Positions 17,991 through 27,462 of a stretch of 64,000 bases of DNA are shown here, in pieces. Position 1 is the stretch's first letter; each line of letters starts with the position of its first letter. This DNA comes from an uncultured Candidatus Saccharibacteria bacterium (GTDB lineage Bacteria > Patescibacteriota > Minisyncoccia > Minisyncoccales > MHMH01): the NCBI GenBank assembly GCA_964568775.1, contig CAZMQW010000002.1, forward strand, positions 4,354 through 68,353, written 5' to 3'. A program made the position numbers and the translations under genes. The notes under the pieces are model-generated. The model was not told the origin of the DNA. It worked only from the letters and a program-made list of their open reading frames with translations, and did no database searches.

Positions 17991-19946
17991 ATGGATTTGT
18001 CAAGATTGGTTAACAAGGTCTTGATCGTCGGCATTACCCCCTATTTTCTAGAAAGGGGTAATTTGTGGTTTGAGGAAAATTTAACAAAAATCATCCAGGC
18101 CAGAAAAACCCAGTCCTTTTTCGAAGACAATACTCTGTTCTTGGAAAAGAACAAAGAATATAAATTCTCCCAGTTCTTGAGGAAACTCGACGAAATGGGC
18201 TACGAGAAAGTGCAAAAAATATCGGAGCCGGGCGAGTTCTCCAGAAAAGGCGGTATTATTGATGTTTTCCCGATTAATTCAAACCACGCTTTGAGAATAG
18301 ACTTTTACGGCAACTTGATTGACAATATTGAAAAATTGCCGGTTGAGGTTGAGAACGAAAAAGAAACCAAAGAAAGGATAAAAAGAAAACTGAAACGGCA
18401 AAAAATCTATTCCCAGTTGGGCGCCTTGAAGCCGGGCGATTACTTGGTTCACCTTGACCACGGCATCGGTATTTACAACCAAAAATTAACCGTTGACAAT
18501 CGTAAATACTACCAATTAGCCTACGCCCAAAACGATAAATTATATGTGCCAGTCGGCCTAGAAAGAAAATTATCTAGATACATTGGCTTCCAAGAGCCAA
18601 AAATTTCCCGGCTAAGCAGTCCGGTCTGGGAGAAAACAAAAAGAAAAATTAAGGAAGAAACGGAAAAGATGGCTCAAGACCTTTTAAATATCTACAGTCA
18701 AAGGGAAATTGCCCGAAGGCCGCCTTATTCGCCCGATGCCGAAATAGATTCTCAAATAGCGACCACTTTCCCTTATGAGGAAACGCCTGACCAAGCTCAG
18801 GCGATTGAGGAAATTAAAAAAGATTTGGAAGGATCTGAAAAACCTTTAGACAGAATTGTCTGCGGCGACGTTGGTTTTGGCAAAACCGAGGTTGCCTTGA
18901 GGATTATAGTCAAAGCGGTAAATTCTGGTTGGCAGGCAGTTATGGTTTGCCCGACTACTATCTTAGCCTCACAGCATTTCCAAACCTTTAAGAAAAGACT
19001 AAGCAAACTGCCTATCAAAGTTGAAATGTTAAGCAGGCTGCAGTCGAAAAAAGAACAAAAAGAAATAATCAAAAAAATAAAAGAAGGCCAAACAGACATT
19101 ATTATCGGCACTCACCGCGTTCTCTCTAATGACATTGATTTTAAAAATCTGGGCTTACTGGTGATTGACGACGAACAAAGGTTCGGCGTCAGGCAAAAAG
19201 AAAAACTAAAGAAACTCAGAGCTTCTTTGGACGTTTTATCACTATCAGCCACCCCTATTCCCCGTACCTTGTATCTGGCGCTCTCTTCTTTAAAAAATAT
19301 CAGCGTCATCCAAACGCCCCCGCCCTACCGCCTGCCGGTCAAAACACATGTCCAGCCCTGGTCGGAAAAAATTATCAAAGTAGCTATTAATAAAGAAATT
19401 TCCCGAAAAGGCCAGGTTTACTATCTTCACAACCGGGTAGAAACAATTGAAAATGCCAAAAAACTTTTGGAAAACTTAATACCCAAAGCAAAAATCGGCA
19501 TAGTGCACGGCCGATTGAATGAAAAAGAATTAGTAAGAACAATGAATGATTTCCAAAACAAAAAGATTAATGTCTTGGTTGCCACCACTATTATCGAGAA
19601 CGGCCTGGATTTACCCAGCGTTAACACTTTAATTGTGGCTGACGCCACCCGTCTCGGACTATCCCAAGCCTATCAAATCAGGGGCAGGATCGGCCGTTCT
19701 CCCCGTCAATCGTTCGCCTACTTTCTTTACGGCGGCCGCTTAACTAGTTTGGCCAACCAAAGATTAAAAGCATTGAAGGAAGCGGAAGAATTGGGTTCTG
19801 GCTATAAAATTGCCATAAAAGATCTAGAAATACGGGGGGCTGGCAACATTCTGGGTAAAGAGCAGTCGGGTAATATCAACCAGGTCGGACTCAACCTTTA
19901 CTGCCAAATGTTGTCTGACGCCATCGACAAAATAAAAAAGAGCTAG
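17991..19946 (+). CDS. mfd: Truncated transcription-repair coupling factor (Mfd-like)
   Basis: UvrB-like PGEFSRKGGIIDVFP, CarD-like VHLDHGIG, GDVGFGKT, DDEQRFG, SATPIPR, QIRGRIGR, TRG motif DLEIRGAG. Confidence 0.9.
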   Translation: MDLSRLVNKVLIVGITPYFLERGNLWFEENLTKIIQARKTQSFFEDNTLFLEKNKEYKFSQFLRKLDEMGYEKVQKISEPGEFSRKGGIIDVFPINSNHALRIDFYGNLIDNIEKLPVEVENEKETKERIKRKLKRQKIYSQLGALKPGDYLVHLDHGIGIYNQKLTVDNRKYYQLAYAQNDKLYVPVGLERKLSRYIGFQEPKISRLSSPVWEKTKRKIKEETEKMAQDLLNIYSQREIARRPPYSPDAEIDSQIATTFPYEETPDQAQAIEEIKKDLEGSEKPLDRIVCGDVGFGKTEVALRIIVKAVNSGWQAVMVCPTTILASQHFQTFKKRLSKLPIKVEMLSRLQSKKEQKEIIKKIKEGQTDIIIGTHRVLSNDIDFKNLGLLVIDDEQRFGVRQKEKLKKLRASLDVLSLSATPIPRTLYLALSSLKNISVIQTPPPYRLPVKTHVQPWSEKIIKVAINKEISRKGQVYYLHNRVETIENAKKLLENLIPKAKIGIVHGRLNEKELVRTMNDFQNKKINVLVATTIIENGLDLPSVNTLIVADATRLGLSQAYQIRGRIGRSPRQSFAYFLYGGRLTSLANQRLKALKEAEELGSGYKIAIKDLEIRGAGNILGKEQSGNINQVGLNLYCQMLSDAIDKIKKS

Positions 19947-19962
19947 GATTGACCTAACTCTT
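19934..19962 (-). terminator. Intrinsic terminator (possibly bidirectional)
   Basis: Minus strand AAGAGTTAGG-TCAAT-CCTAGCTCTT followed by a U-tract. Confidence 0.6.
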
Positions 19963-19982
19963 CATCTTGCTAAATAGGTTCG

Positions 19983-20336
19983 TCAGTCTTCTACGTCCGG
20001 GCCTAATACAAAATGGCCTTTAAATAAAGCACCGGATTTAGCAATTATGTTGATAATTTCTTCTTCGTATTCTTTATACTCTGGCCTGACAGTTATGTAT
20101 TTCCTTACTTCTTTAGGATTCGTAATTCGCTCTACCGGAGCTTCTTCGTTATCTACCCTTTCGAGTTCCTCCTCGTGTACATAATGTCCGTCGACGCAAT
20201 AGTTAAACTCGCCGTTTGGTAACTGGTTAATTTCTTCGATAGTTCCGATCTTTCCGATTAAATCGCGGCTGGTAGCATTGTCCAGCAACCTCACAATCTT
20301 TACTCTTTCATCAACAGAAAACTTAGCTATATTCAT
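19983..20336 (-). CDS. Hypothetical protein (SH3/KOW-like N-terminus)
   Basis: 117 aa ORF with strong SD TAAGGAGG; KF...ERVKI..G.IGTI pattern. Confidence 0.6.
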   Translation of the reverse strand: MNIAKFSVDERVKIVRLLDNATSRDLIGKIGTIEEINQLPNGEFNYCVDGHYVHEEELERVDNEEAPVERITNPKEVRKYITVRPEYKEYEEEIINIIAKSGALFKGHFVLGPDVED

Positions 20337-20414
20337 CTTTCCTCCTTATAGAAATCTTAAGTACAATTTTTCTTAATGTCTTAGTTTAAAATAGTTAACT
20401 GCAAAAGTCAAATT

Positions 20415-20443
20415 TTGTAATTTTATAAAAAGAGTGTTACATT
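20415..20443 (+). promoter_or_regulatory. Promoter TTGTAA-17 bp-(TG.)TACATT before topA
   Basis: Extended -10 located 8 nt before the ATG. Confidence 0.5.
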
Positions 20444-20451
20444 AAGAAAAT

Positions 20452-22500
20452 ATGAATTTAATTATTGTTGAATCGCCAACTAAATCAAGAACGCTGAGCG
20501 GTTTTTTAGGACCTAAATACAAGGTCCTTTCTTCCTATGGCCATATTCGAGACTTGCCCAAAGCCGAATTGGGCGTTGATATTGATAATGATTTTGAGCC
20601 GAAATACATAATCCCCACGAAATCAAAAAAGACTATTAACTTGTTGAAAGAAGAATCAAAAAAAACAGATTTAATCATTCTGGCGACTGATGAAGACAGA
20701 GAGGGTGAGGCAATCGCCTGGCATTTGATTGAGGCTCTAAAATCAAACGGCAAAAAATCTTACCAAAGGATTGTTTTCCACGAAATTACCAAACAAGCGA
20801 TTGAAGAGGCTCTAAAGAACCCCAGAAAAATTGATATGGACCTGGTTGACGCCCAGCAGGCCAGAAGGATCCTAGATCGCATCGTCGGGTATAAGTTATC
20901 ACCCTTCTTATGGAAAAAAGTGGCCCGGGGTTTGTCAGCCGGCAGAGTCCAGTCGGTGGCTGTCAGATTGGTGGTTGAGAGAGAAAGAGAAATAGAAAAT
21001 TTTATCCCGCAAGAATATTGGAGTATTGTTGCTCTGCTCAAGAAATTAAAAGAAACCGAAACTCATTCAGAATTTGAAGCAACTCTGATAAAGAAAGACG
21101 ACAAAGTTTTAGAAAAACTGGCAATCAAAAACGAAAAAGAAGCTGATAAAATCGTCGAAGATTTGAAAGGTGCCGAATATAAAGTAGAAAGTATTGAAAA
21201 AAAAGAAGTTAGAAGAAACCCCTTCCCGCCTTTCACAACTTCAACTCTACAGCAAGAAGCTTTCCGAAAATTAAGATTCCCAGCCAAGCTGACAATGGGT
21301 ATTGCCCAAAATCTTTATGAACGTGGCTTCATAACCTATCACCGTACCGACTCTTTCAATCTCTCTGCTTTGGCTCTTGGTACGGCCAAAAAATTCATTG
21401 TCGAGAATTACGGCGAGCGCTATCACCAATTCAGACAGTTTAAAACCAAATCCAAAGGAGCCCAGGAGGCCCACGAAGCCATCCGGCCCGCCTATCCAGA
21501 AAGGACTCCGGACAAATTAAAACTCCAAACTAAATTAGACGACAGGCAGGCTCGGTTGTACGAAATAATCTGGCAAAGGTTTGTCGCTTGTCAGATGAAA
21601 GAGGCTTTGTTTGATTCAACGACTGTAGATATTAAAGCGAAAAACTATGTTTTTCGGGCCACTGGCCAAACATTAAAATTCGATGGTTTTTTAAAGATCT
21701 ATCCAGTCAAATTTGAAGAAACAACTCTACCGACTTTGGAAAAAGAGGAATCTTTAAAACTTATTAAATTAAACCCCGGCCAGCATTTTACCCAGCCCCC
21801 GGCCCGCTATACCGAAGCCACTTTGATCAAAGCTTTGGAAGCCGAGGGCATTGGCCGACCCTCGACCTACGCGCCGATTATCTCAACTATTCAGGATAGA
21901 AACTATATCGAAAAAGACAAAAAAAGATGCTTCCAGCCGACCGAAATCGGCCTGGTTGTCAACGATTTGCTGGTAGAACATTTTCCCAAAATCGTTGATA
22001 TCAAATTCACCGCTAATATGGAAAAAAATCTTGATGAAATCGCCCAAGGCCAAAGAGAGTGGAAAAAAATTATTAAAGAGTTTTACGGTCCTTTCAGCAA
22101 AAATCTGGAAGAGAAATATCAGGAAGTTTCAAAGAAGGAATTCACCGAAACTCCGACCGAAAAAAAATGCCCCAAATGCGGCAGCCAGCTTTTGATCCGC
22201 TTAGGCAAATTCGGCAAGTTCTATGCCTGCAGCAAATTCCCCAAATGCAAATACACCGAATCCCTGCCTGAAAACCGTCTGGGCGTCAAATGCCCCAAGT
22301 GCGGAGAAGGAGAAATTGTTGAAAAAAGAACCAAAAGAAGTAAAATATTCTATGGCTGCAACCGCTTCCCCAAATGCGACTTTGCCCTATGGGACAAACC
22401 AACCGGCCAAACTTGCCCAGAATGCGGCAGCTTGTTGGTAGAAAAAAACAAAAGAATTCAATGTTCCAATAAACAATGCAAAAGCAACTCCAAAAAATAA
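20452..22500 (+). CDS. topA: DNA topoisomerase I with C-terminal Zn ribbons
   Basis: IVESPTK, ATDEDREGE TOPRIM, SAGRVQS, ITYHRTD catalytic Tyr, CPKCG repeats. Confidence 0.97.
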   Translation: MNLIIVESPTKSRTLSGFLGPKYKVLSSYGHIRDLPKAELGVDIDNDFEPKYIIPTKSKKTINLLKEESKKTDLIILATDEDREGEAIAWHLIEALKSNGKKSYQRIVFHEITKQAIEEALKNPRKIDMDLVDAQQARRILDRIVGYKLSPFLWKKVARGLSAGRVQSVAVRLVVEREREIENFIPQEYWSIVALLKKLKETETHSEFEATLIKKDDKVLEKLAIKNEKEADKIVEDLKGAEYKVESIEKKEVRRNPFPPFTTSTLQQEAFRKLRFPAKLTMGIAQNLYERGFITYHRTDSFNLSALALGTAKKFIVENYGERYHQFRQFKTKSKGAQEAHEAIRPAYPERTPDKLKLQTKLDDRQARLYEIIWQRFVACQMKEALFDSTTVDIKAKNYVFRATGQTLKFDGFLKIYPVKFEETTLPTLEKEESLKLIKLNPGQHFTQPPARYTEATLIKALEAEGIGRPSTYAPIISTIQDRNYIEKDKKRCFQPTEIGLVVNDLLVEHFPKIVDIKFTANMEKNLDEIAQGQREWKKIIKEFYGPFSKNLEEKYQEVSKKEFTETPTEKKCPKCGSQLLIRLGKFGKFYACSKFPKCKYTESLPENRLGVKCPKCGEGEIVEKRTKRSKIFYGCNRFPKCDFALWDKPTGQTCPECGSLLVEKNKRIQCSNKQCKSNSKK

Positions 22501-24248
22501 TTAAAAACAGCCCCAAACCGAAACTAATTGAACGGGCTTTTAACTTTGCCAAAGAAGCCCACGGCGACCAAAAAAGATTTTCGGGCAAGGAATACATTAT
22601 CCACCCGCTCCGAGTGGCCCAGTCTTTGGACGAAATGCACCTTGACCCACAAACCGTGGCAGCCGGACTCTTGCATGACGTGCCGGACGATACCGAAAAG
22701 ACTCTGGAAGATATAAAAAAAGAATTCGGCAAGGAGGTTGCTTTTTTGGTCGAGGGAGTCAGCAAGTTAGGCAAGCTTCGCTATCCCAAAGAAGACCTAG
22801 AGGTCAAATCGCCCGAATCAAGACAAAAAGAACCGATTGATTTAAGGGCGGAAAACTTAAGAAAAATGTTTTTTGCCATGGCCGAAGACCTAAGAGTGGT
22901 TTTAATCAAGCTGGCCGACCGGCTCCACAACATGGAAACTTTGGGTTCTTTACCTCCGGAAAAACAAAAAAGGATTGCCCTGGAGACTTTGGAAATTTTC
23001 GCCCCTTTGGCCAACCGGCTGGGAATAGGAAATATGAGAAACCAGCTGCAGGATTTGGCCTTCCTTTATCTTTACCCGAAAGAATACGAATGGCTGATGA
23101 ACAACGTAAAAGAGAGGTACGAAAAAAGAAAAAAGTATCTTAAAAAAGTAAAAAAGGCTTTAATTAAAATCCTTAAAAAGGAGAAGATAAAACCAATTGA
23201 TATCCACTCCCGACCCAAACACCACTGGAGCCTTTACCAAAAACTAATAAAGCACGAAATGAATTTCGAAAGAATTTATGATTTAGTGGCTTTAAGAATA
23301 ATTGTTGAAGACATTAAAACCTGCTACCAGGTACTGGGTACTATCCATAAATATTGGCGCCCTTTACCCAACCGAATTAAAGACTATATTGCCTTTCCCA
23401 AGCCCAACGGCTACCAGGCTCTTCACACAACCTGTTTTTGTTTGGAGGGAAAAATCACCGAAATCCAGATCAAGACAAAAGAGATGCACGAAAAAGCCGA
23501 ACACGGTATTGCCGCTCACTGGGCACTGAAAGAAGGCGTTAATTTGCAGACCCAAGGAAAGAAATTCGCCTGGATGCAGCAGTTAAAAGATTGGCAAATC
23601 AAAGCGTCGGGGTCCAAGGAATTTTTAGAGGGGTTAAAGATTGATTTCTTTAAAAACCGGATTTTTATATTCACCCCCAAGGGAGACGTTATTGATTTGC
23701 CCGAAGGCGCCACGCCAATTGATTTCGCCTACGCTGTCCACAGCGACATCGGCAACCGTTGCGCCGGCGCCAAAGTCAACGGCAAAATGACCCAGCTTTC
23801 CCAGCCTTTGAAAAACGGCGATGTCGTTGAAATAGTTGTCGATAAGCACAAAAAGCCTTCCAACGACTGGCTGAAATTCGTCAAAACCAGCATGGCCCGC
23901 TCCCGGATTAAAAGCCGGCTGAAGCAAGATGAACGCCTGGAGGGATTAAAGGGTTTCCTTAAAGAAAAGGCGAAAATCATCAACATCCTGCCAAAACTAC
24001 AAAAACAGCCCCATTTAAAAAAAACTAAAAAGGCCGAAGCAATGATTTTTTTAGCCGGCCAAGCCGGTATGAAAATCTATCTGGCCAAATGTTGCTCTCC
24101 CCAGCCTGGCGACAAAATCAAAGCCTATATTACCAAAGACCGCGGCGCCTCAATCCATCGGGCCGACTGCGGCAACATACTGAAAATACAAAAAAAATGG
24201 CCCCAAAAAATCGTTGAGGCCGCTTGGGGAACAAAAGGAAAGTCTTAA
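22476..24248 (+). CDS. rel: RelA/SpoT family (p)ppGpp synthetase/hydrolase
   Basis: LLHDV HD domain, KLADRLHNM, RIKDY, EIQI, TGS domain (FTPKG..DFAY), AKCC. Confidence 0.95.
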   Translation: MQKQLQKIIKNSPKPKLIERAFNFAKEAHGDQKRFSGKEYIIHPLRVAQSLDEMHLDPQTVAAGLLHDVPDDTEKTLEDIKKEFGKEVAFLVEGVSKLGKLRYPKEDLEVKSPESRQKEPIDLRAENLRKMFFAMAEDLRVVLIKLADRLHNMETLGSLPPEKQKRIALETLEIFAPLANRLGIGNMRNQLQDLAFLYLYPKEYEWLMNNVKERYEKRKKYLKKVKKALIKILKKEKIKPIDIHSRPKHHWSLYQKLIKHEMNFERIYDLVALRIIVEDIKTCYQVLGTIHKYWRPLPNRIKDYIAFPKPNGYQALHTTCFCLEGKITEIQIKTKEMHEKAEHGIAAHWALKEGVNLQTQGKKFAWMQQLKDWQIKASGSKEFLEGLKIDFFKNRIFIFTPKGDVIDLPEGATPIDFAYAVHSDIGNRCAGAKVNGKMTQLSQPLKNGDVVEIVVDKHKKPSNDWLKFVKTSMARSRIKSRLKQDERLEGLKGFLKEKAKIINILPKLQKQPHLKKTKKAEAMIFLAGQAGMKIYLAKCCSPQPGDKIKAYITKDRGASIHRADCGNILKIQKKWPQKIVEAAWGTKGKS

Positions 24249-24451
24249 AATTTTAGCTTCTTTAAAAATAGTGAGAACTTTTTTATAACCGATTGCCAAA
24301 TATTCGGTTTCCGAACCAAACCTTCAACCCCTCTTAATTTCTTTCTTGTTGTCCTGGCAAACAGGACTTTTTTAGTTGCCGAAATTTTTGTCTTATTGCC
24401 TGATTTTCTAGGGATCAAAGACTCCAGGCCCTTACCGAAAGTTTGTTTCAT
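24245..24451 (-). CDS. Small basic protein starting with a ParB-like N-terminal motif
   Basis: MKQTFGKGLESLIP; ATGA overlap with the parA stop. Confidence 0.6.
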   Translation of the reverse strand: MKQTFGKGLESLIPRKSGNKTKISATKKVLFARTTRKKLRGVEGLVRKPNIWQSVIKKFSLFLKKLKF

Positions 24452-25212
24452 AAAGCTGTATTGATAAATTCCTCGGCCAATTCGCGGTAAGCTTTGGCGG
24501 CCAAAGAAGTTGGCGCATATTGCAAAATGGTTTTGCCAAATTTAGGCGCTTCAGCCAAAGCGATCTGTCGGGGAATGACTGTGTCAAAAACATAGCCGGG
24601 GAAATTCCGCCTCACTTCCTTAACCACTTCCCGCGACAACCTGTTATTACGATTGTACATGGTCAAAAGGGCGCCGGTAATCTTTAAATTATGCCCTAAA
24701 TTTCTTTTGACCAGATTTATTGTGTTGAGCAACTGTTCCAATCCTTCTAAGGCTAAGTATTCGCACTGGACCGGAATTAAAACTTCTTTTGAGGCACAAA
24801 GGGCATTAATGGTTAAAAGGCCGAGGCTGGGCGGTGAATCAATAAAGACGAAATCGTAAGACTCGCTGACTTTCTCCAATAGCTGCTGTAATTTGAATTC
24901 CCGGTCAGCGGTCGTTACCAATTCCACGGTGGATCCGGCCAAATCAGGTGAAGCAGGCATGATTTCGTACCCGAAAAAAGGGCTTTTCCGTATAATAGCC
25001 GAAGGGCTAACTTGCCCGGCCAAAGCATGGTAAATAGACAAAGGTAAGTTGTGAGGAGCTATCCCTAAACTTAAGGTGGCGTTGGCTTGAGGATCCATAT
25101 CAACCAATAAAACCCTCTTGCCCAGGGCCGCAATAAAGACCGGCAAATTGGTAGCTACCGAACTTTTCCCTACGCCCCCTTTTTGGTTGCAAATAGAGAT
25201 AATCCGCACCAT
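24448..25212 (-). CDS. parA: ParA/Soj family ATPase
   Basis: NQKGGVGKS deviant Walker A, DMDPQAN, DSPPSLG, PVQCEY. Confidence 0.95.
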   Translation of the reverse strand: MVRIISICNQKGGVGKSSVATNLPVFIAALGKRVLLVDMDPQANATLSLGIAPHNLPLSIYHALAGQVSPSAIIRKSPFFGYEIMPASPDLAGSTVELVTTADREFKLQQLLEKVSESYDFVFIDSPPSLGLLTINALCASKEVLIPVQCEYLALEGLEQLLNTINLVKRNLGHNLKITGALLTMYNRNNRLSREVVKEVRRNFPGYVFDTVIPRQIALAEAPKFGKTILQYAPTSLAAKAYRELAEEFINTAL

Positions 25213-25240
25213 AAAGTCAATTTATCACAATTTTTTTATA

Positions 25241-25269
25241 TTTACAACCGAGTAAATTTCTGCTAGGAT
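25241..25269 (+). promoter_or_regulatory. tRNA promoter TTTACA-17 bp-(TG.)TAGGAT
   Basis: Hexamers at 17-bp spacing, 9 nt before the tRNA. Confidence 0.55.
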
Positions 25270-25278
25270 ACAAAACGA

Positions 25279-25363
25279 GCCGCGGTGCTGGAACTGGCAG
25301 ACAGGGCGGACTCAAAATCCGCTGTCCCAAAAAGACGTGTGGGTTCAACTCCCACCCGCGGCA
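25279..25363 (+). tRNA. tRNA-Leu (CAA), CCA not encoded
   Basis: Acceptor GCCGCGG/CCGCGGC-A; anticodon arm GCGGA-CTCAAAA-TCCGC; long variable arm; T arm GTGGG-TTCAACT-CCCAC. Confidence 0.95.
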
Positions 25364-25367
25364 CATC

Positions 25368-25856
25368 TTATTTCCCAGAAAATTTGAAAATCAACCAGCC
25401 GGACAAAATTCCCACGATCGCCCCGGCTAAAATGTCCGAGGGCCAGTGGATGCCGACAAAAACTCGAGAAATTGTAATTAAAAGACTGGCGATAAAGAAC
25501 AAAACGCCAGCTTTTTTATTATAGTTAAAAATAATTGTACTGAGAGCAAAAAAGAAAGCAGCGTGACCCGAAGGGAAAGAACTAGTATCGGCGTGTTCCA
25601 AAAGCAGGTTGACTTGATTCTCCACAAAAGGACGGGGTCTTTCCCAGATAAACCTGGCTAATTCCACAATAACGAAACGGGCGGCAATAGCAGCCAAAAA
25701 CATTTGGAAAATCGCTCTTCTTTTTTTGATAAACATCAAAATGGCCGCTATTGCCACCAAATAGCCGAAGTAATCGGCAAAAAAAACTCCAGCAGCATCT
25801 AAGCAACCCCCTCGGCCGGCTAAATTGTTTATTTGTTGAAAAACTAAATAATCCAT
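25368..25856 (-). CDS. PAP2 phosphatase (BcrC-like)
   Basis: RPRP, SFPSGH, SRVFVGIHWPSD. Confidence 0.9.
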   Translation of the reverse strand: MDYLVFQQINNLAGRGGCLDAAGVFFADYFGYLVAIAAILMFIKKRRAIFQMFLAAIAARFVIVELARFIWERPRPFVENQVNLLLEHADTSSFPSGHAAFFFALSTIIFNYNKKAGVLFFIASLLITISRVFVGIHWPSDILAGAIVGILSGWLIFKFSGK

Positions 25857-25858
25857 TT

Positions 25859-26860
25859 TTATATTTGAAGATCGGCTTTAGCCTTAATGTTTTTAGCTGT
25901 GTTTGAACGGTGAAAAAAAGCAGTTATCCCTATCATTACCGCATTGTCGGTGCAAAACTTAGCGTCTGGAATATAAAGGCCTTTCTTTATCTTTTTCTTG
26001 AATTGTTTCCTTAATTCACTGTTAGCGGCCACCCCGCCGCCCAAGATAATTGATTTCACCCGGTAATCTTTGGCCGCTTTCAAAGTCTTACGGATTAAGA
26101 CATCGGCGATCGCCTGCTGGATTTCAAATGACATCGCCCGGATGTATTTTGGCGACCGCCTGATTTTTGCCGACTGGTTTCTGTAATTATATAATACCGC
26201 AGTTTTCAATCCGGAAAAACTGAAATCATAATTCTTTTGATTAATCATTGGCCTTGGCAGTTTAATTGATAAGCCTCGGCCGGATTTTAATTTAGCTGCT
26301 TGAGCGGCAATCAACGGGCCGCCCGGATATCCTAAGCCCAAAATCCTGGCTGTTTTATCAAAACATTCGCCAGCTGCATCGTCCCGCGTCTCACCGATCA
26401 ACTGATATTGGCCGATCTTTTCCATTAAAACCAGCCCGGTGTGCCCGCCGGAAACCACCAAACAAATAGCGGGGAATTTGATTGAAGCTTTCTTGACGAG
26501 ATTAGCCAGAATATGGGCTTCAATATGGTTTACCGGAATTAGTGGTTTTTGGGATTTTTTGGCCAGATCCTGGGCAAAATTTATCCCTTGCCACAAACAA
26601 GGTTCTAAACCCGGCCCCGCGGTTACGCCAATTAAATCTATCTTTGCCACATCATGCCCCTTGATTGTTTTTTTAAAAACAAGAGGCAGATTCTTCTGGT
26701 GTTCTCTTTTGGCTAAAAAAGGATGAACCCCGCCATATTGGGCATGGAGTTTCACCTGGGACGAAACAATATTTGATATAATCTTGAAACGAGAGCTTTT
26801 TGCCTCTAATAGGGCAACGCAAGTATCATCGCAAGACGTATCTATTCCTAGAATAATCAT
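25859..26860 (-). CDS. tsaD: t6A threonylcarbamoyltransferase TsaD
   Basis: GIDTSCDD, NHIEAH, VSGGHT, DDAAGE, DNAVMI. Confidence 0.96.
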   Translation of the reverse strand: MIILGIDTSCDDTCVALLEAKSSRFKIISNIVSSQVKLHAQYGGVHPFLAKREHQKNLPLVFKKTIKGHDVAKIDLIGVTAGPGLEPCLWQGINFAQDLAKKSQKPLIPVNHIEAHILANLVKKASIKFPAICLVVSGGHTGLVLMEKIGQYQLIGETRDDAAGECFDKTARILGLGYPGGPLIAAQAAKLKSGRGLSIKLPRPMINQKNYDFSFSGLKTAVLYNYRNQSAKIRRSPKYIRAMSFEIQQAIADVLIRKTLKAAKDYRVKSIILGGGVAANSELRKQFKKKIKKGLYIPDAKFCTDNAVMIGITAFFHRSNTAKNIKAKADLQI

Positions 26861-27420
26861 ATTCTTAAAACTTTTGGCGGCGAAACAGTCAAATCAATAA
26901 CCATTGAAGGATGGGATTCCTTTAAGCCCCCGACATCAACCACTAAATCGGGCTGCTGTTTCTGATTTTTGAACTGTTTTAAAACTTCCTTGATCCTGGT
27001 TGAAGCCGGCCGGCCGGAAATATTGGCTGAAGTGCCGATTAAAGGCCTATTGACAACAGAAAGTAATCGATTGATAAATTTATAATCGGGCATCCTTAAA
27101 CCAATGGTGCTGTTTTTCTTCTTGAAGACTACCGTAACCTTGCCTGGCCAGACTTTTTTCAGAAAATATTCTTCTTCTTTACTAATTTCAGTTAAATTTT
27201 TTGCCATTTTTATGTCTTTGACGAAAATAGGCAACTTTTTACTAACCGGCCGTTTTTTAATCTTCAAAAGCTTGCTAACTGCTTTTTTATTGGTAGCGTC
27301 GCAAACTAAGCCATAAACCGTATCGGTCGGGCAAATCACAATCTGACCTTTTTTTATAGATTTTGTAGTTTCTTTAATTGTTTGATTGAAATTTTGTCCT
27401 TTAAGCCTTAAAGTCCTCAT
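26857..27420 (-). CDS. tsaC: Threonylcarbamoyl-AMP synthase TsaC/YrdC
   Basis: PTDTVYGL, K.R, WPGKVT, TSANISG. Confidence 0.93.
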   Translation of the reverse strand: MRTLRLKGQNFNQTIKETTKSIKKGQIVICPTDTVYGLVCDATNKKAVSKLLKIKKRPVSKKLPIFVKDIKMAKNLTEISKEEEYFLKKVWPGKVTVVFKKKNSTIGLRMPDYKFINRLLSVVNRPLIGTSANISGRPASTRIKEVLKQFKNQKQQPDLVVDVGGLKESHPSMVIDLTVSPPKVLRI

Positions 27421-27462
27421 TTTTCTACCCTAAATTAGATTGATAAAAATTAAATGGTTTCG

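Noticed and set aside
25279-25370. Integrated element at tRNA-Leu or tmRNA
   Set aside because: No integrase or duplicated 3' end seen; flanks are housekeeping genes
25285-25524. 79-aa plus-strand ORF
   Set aside because: Overlaps tRNA-Leu and is antisense to the PAP2 gene
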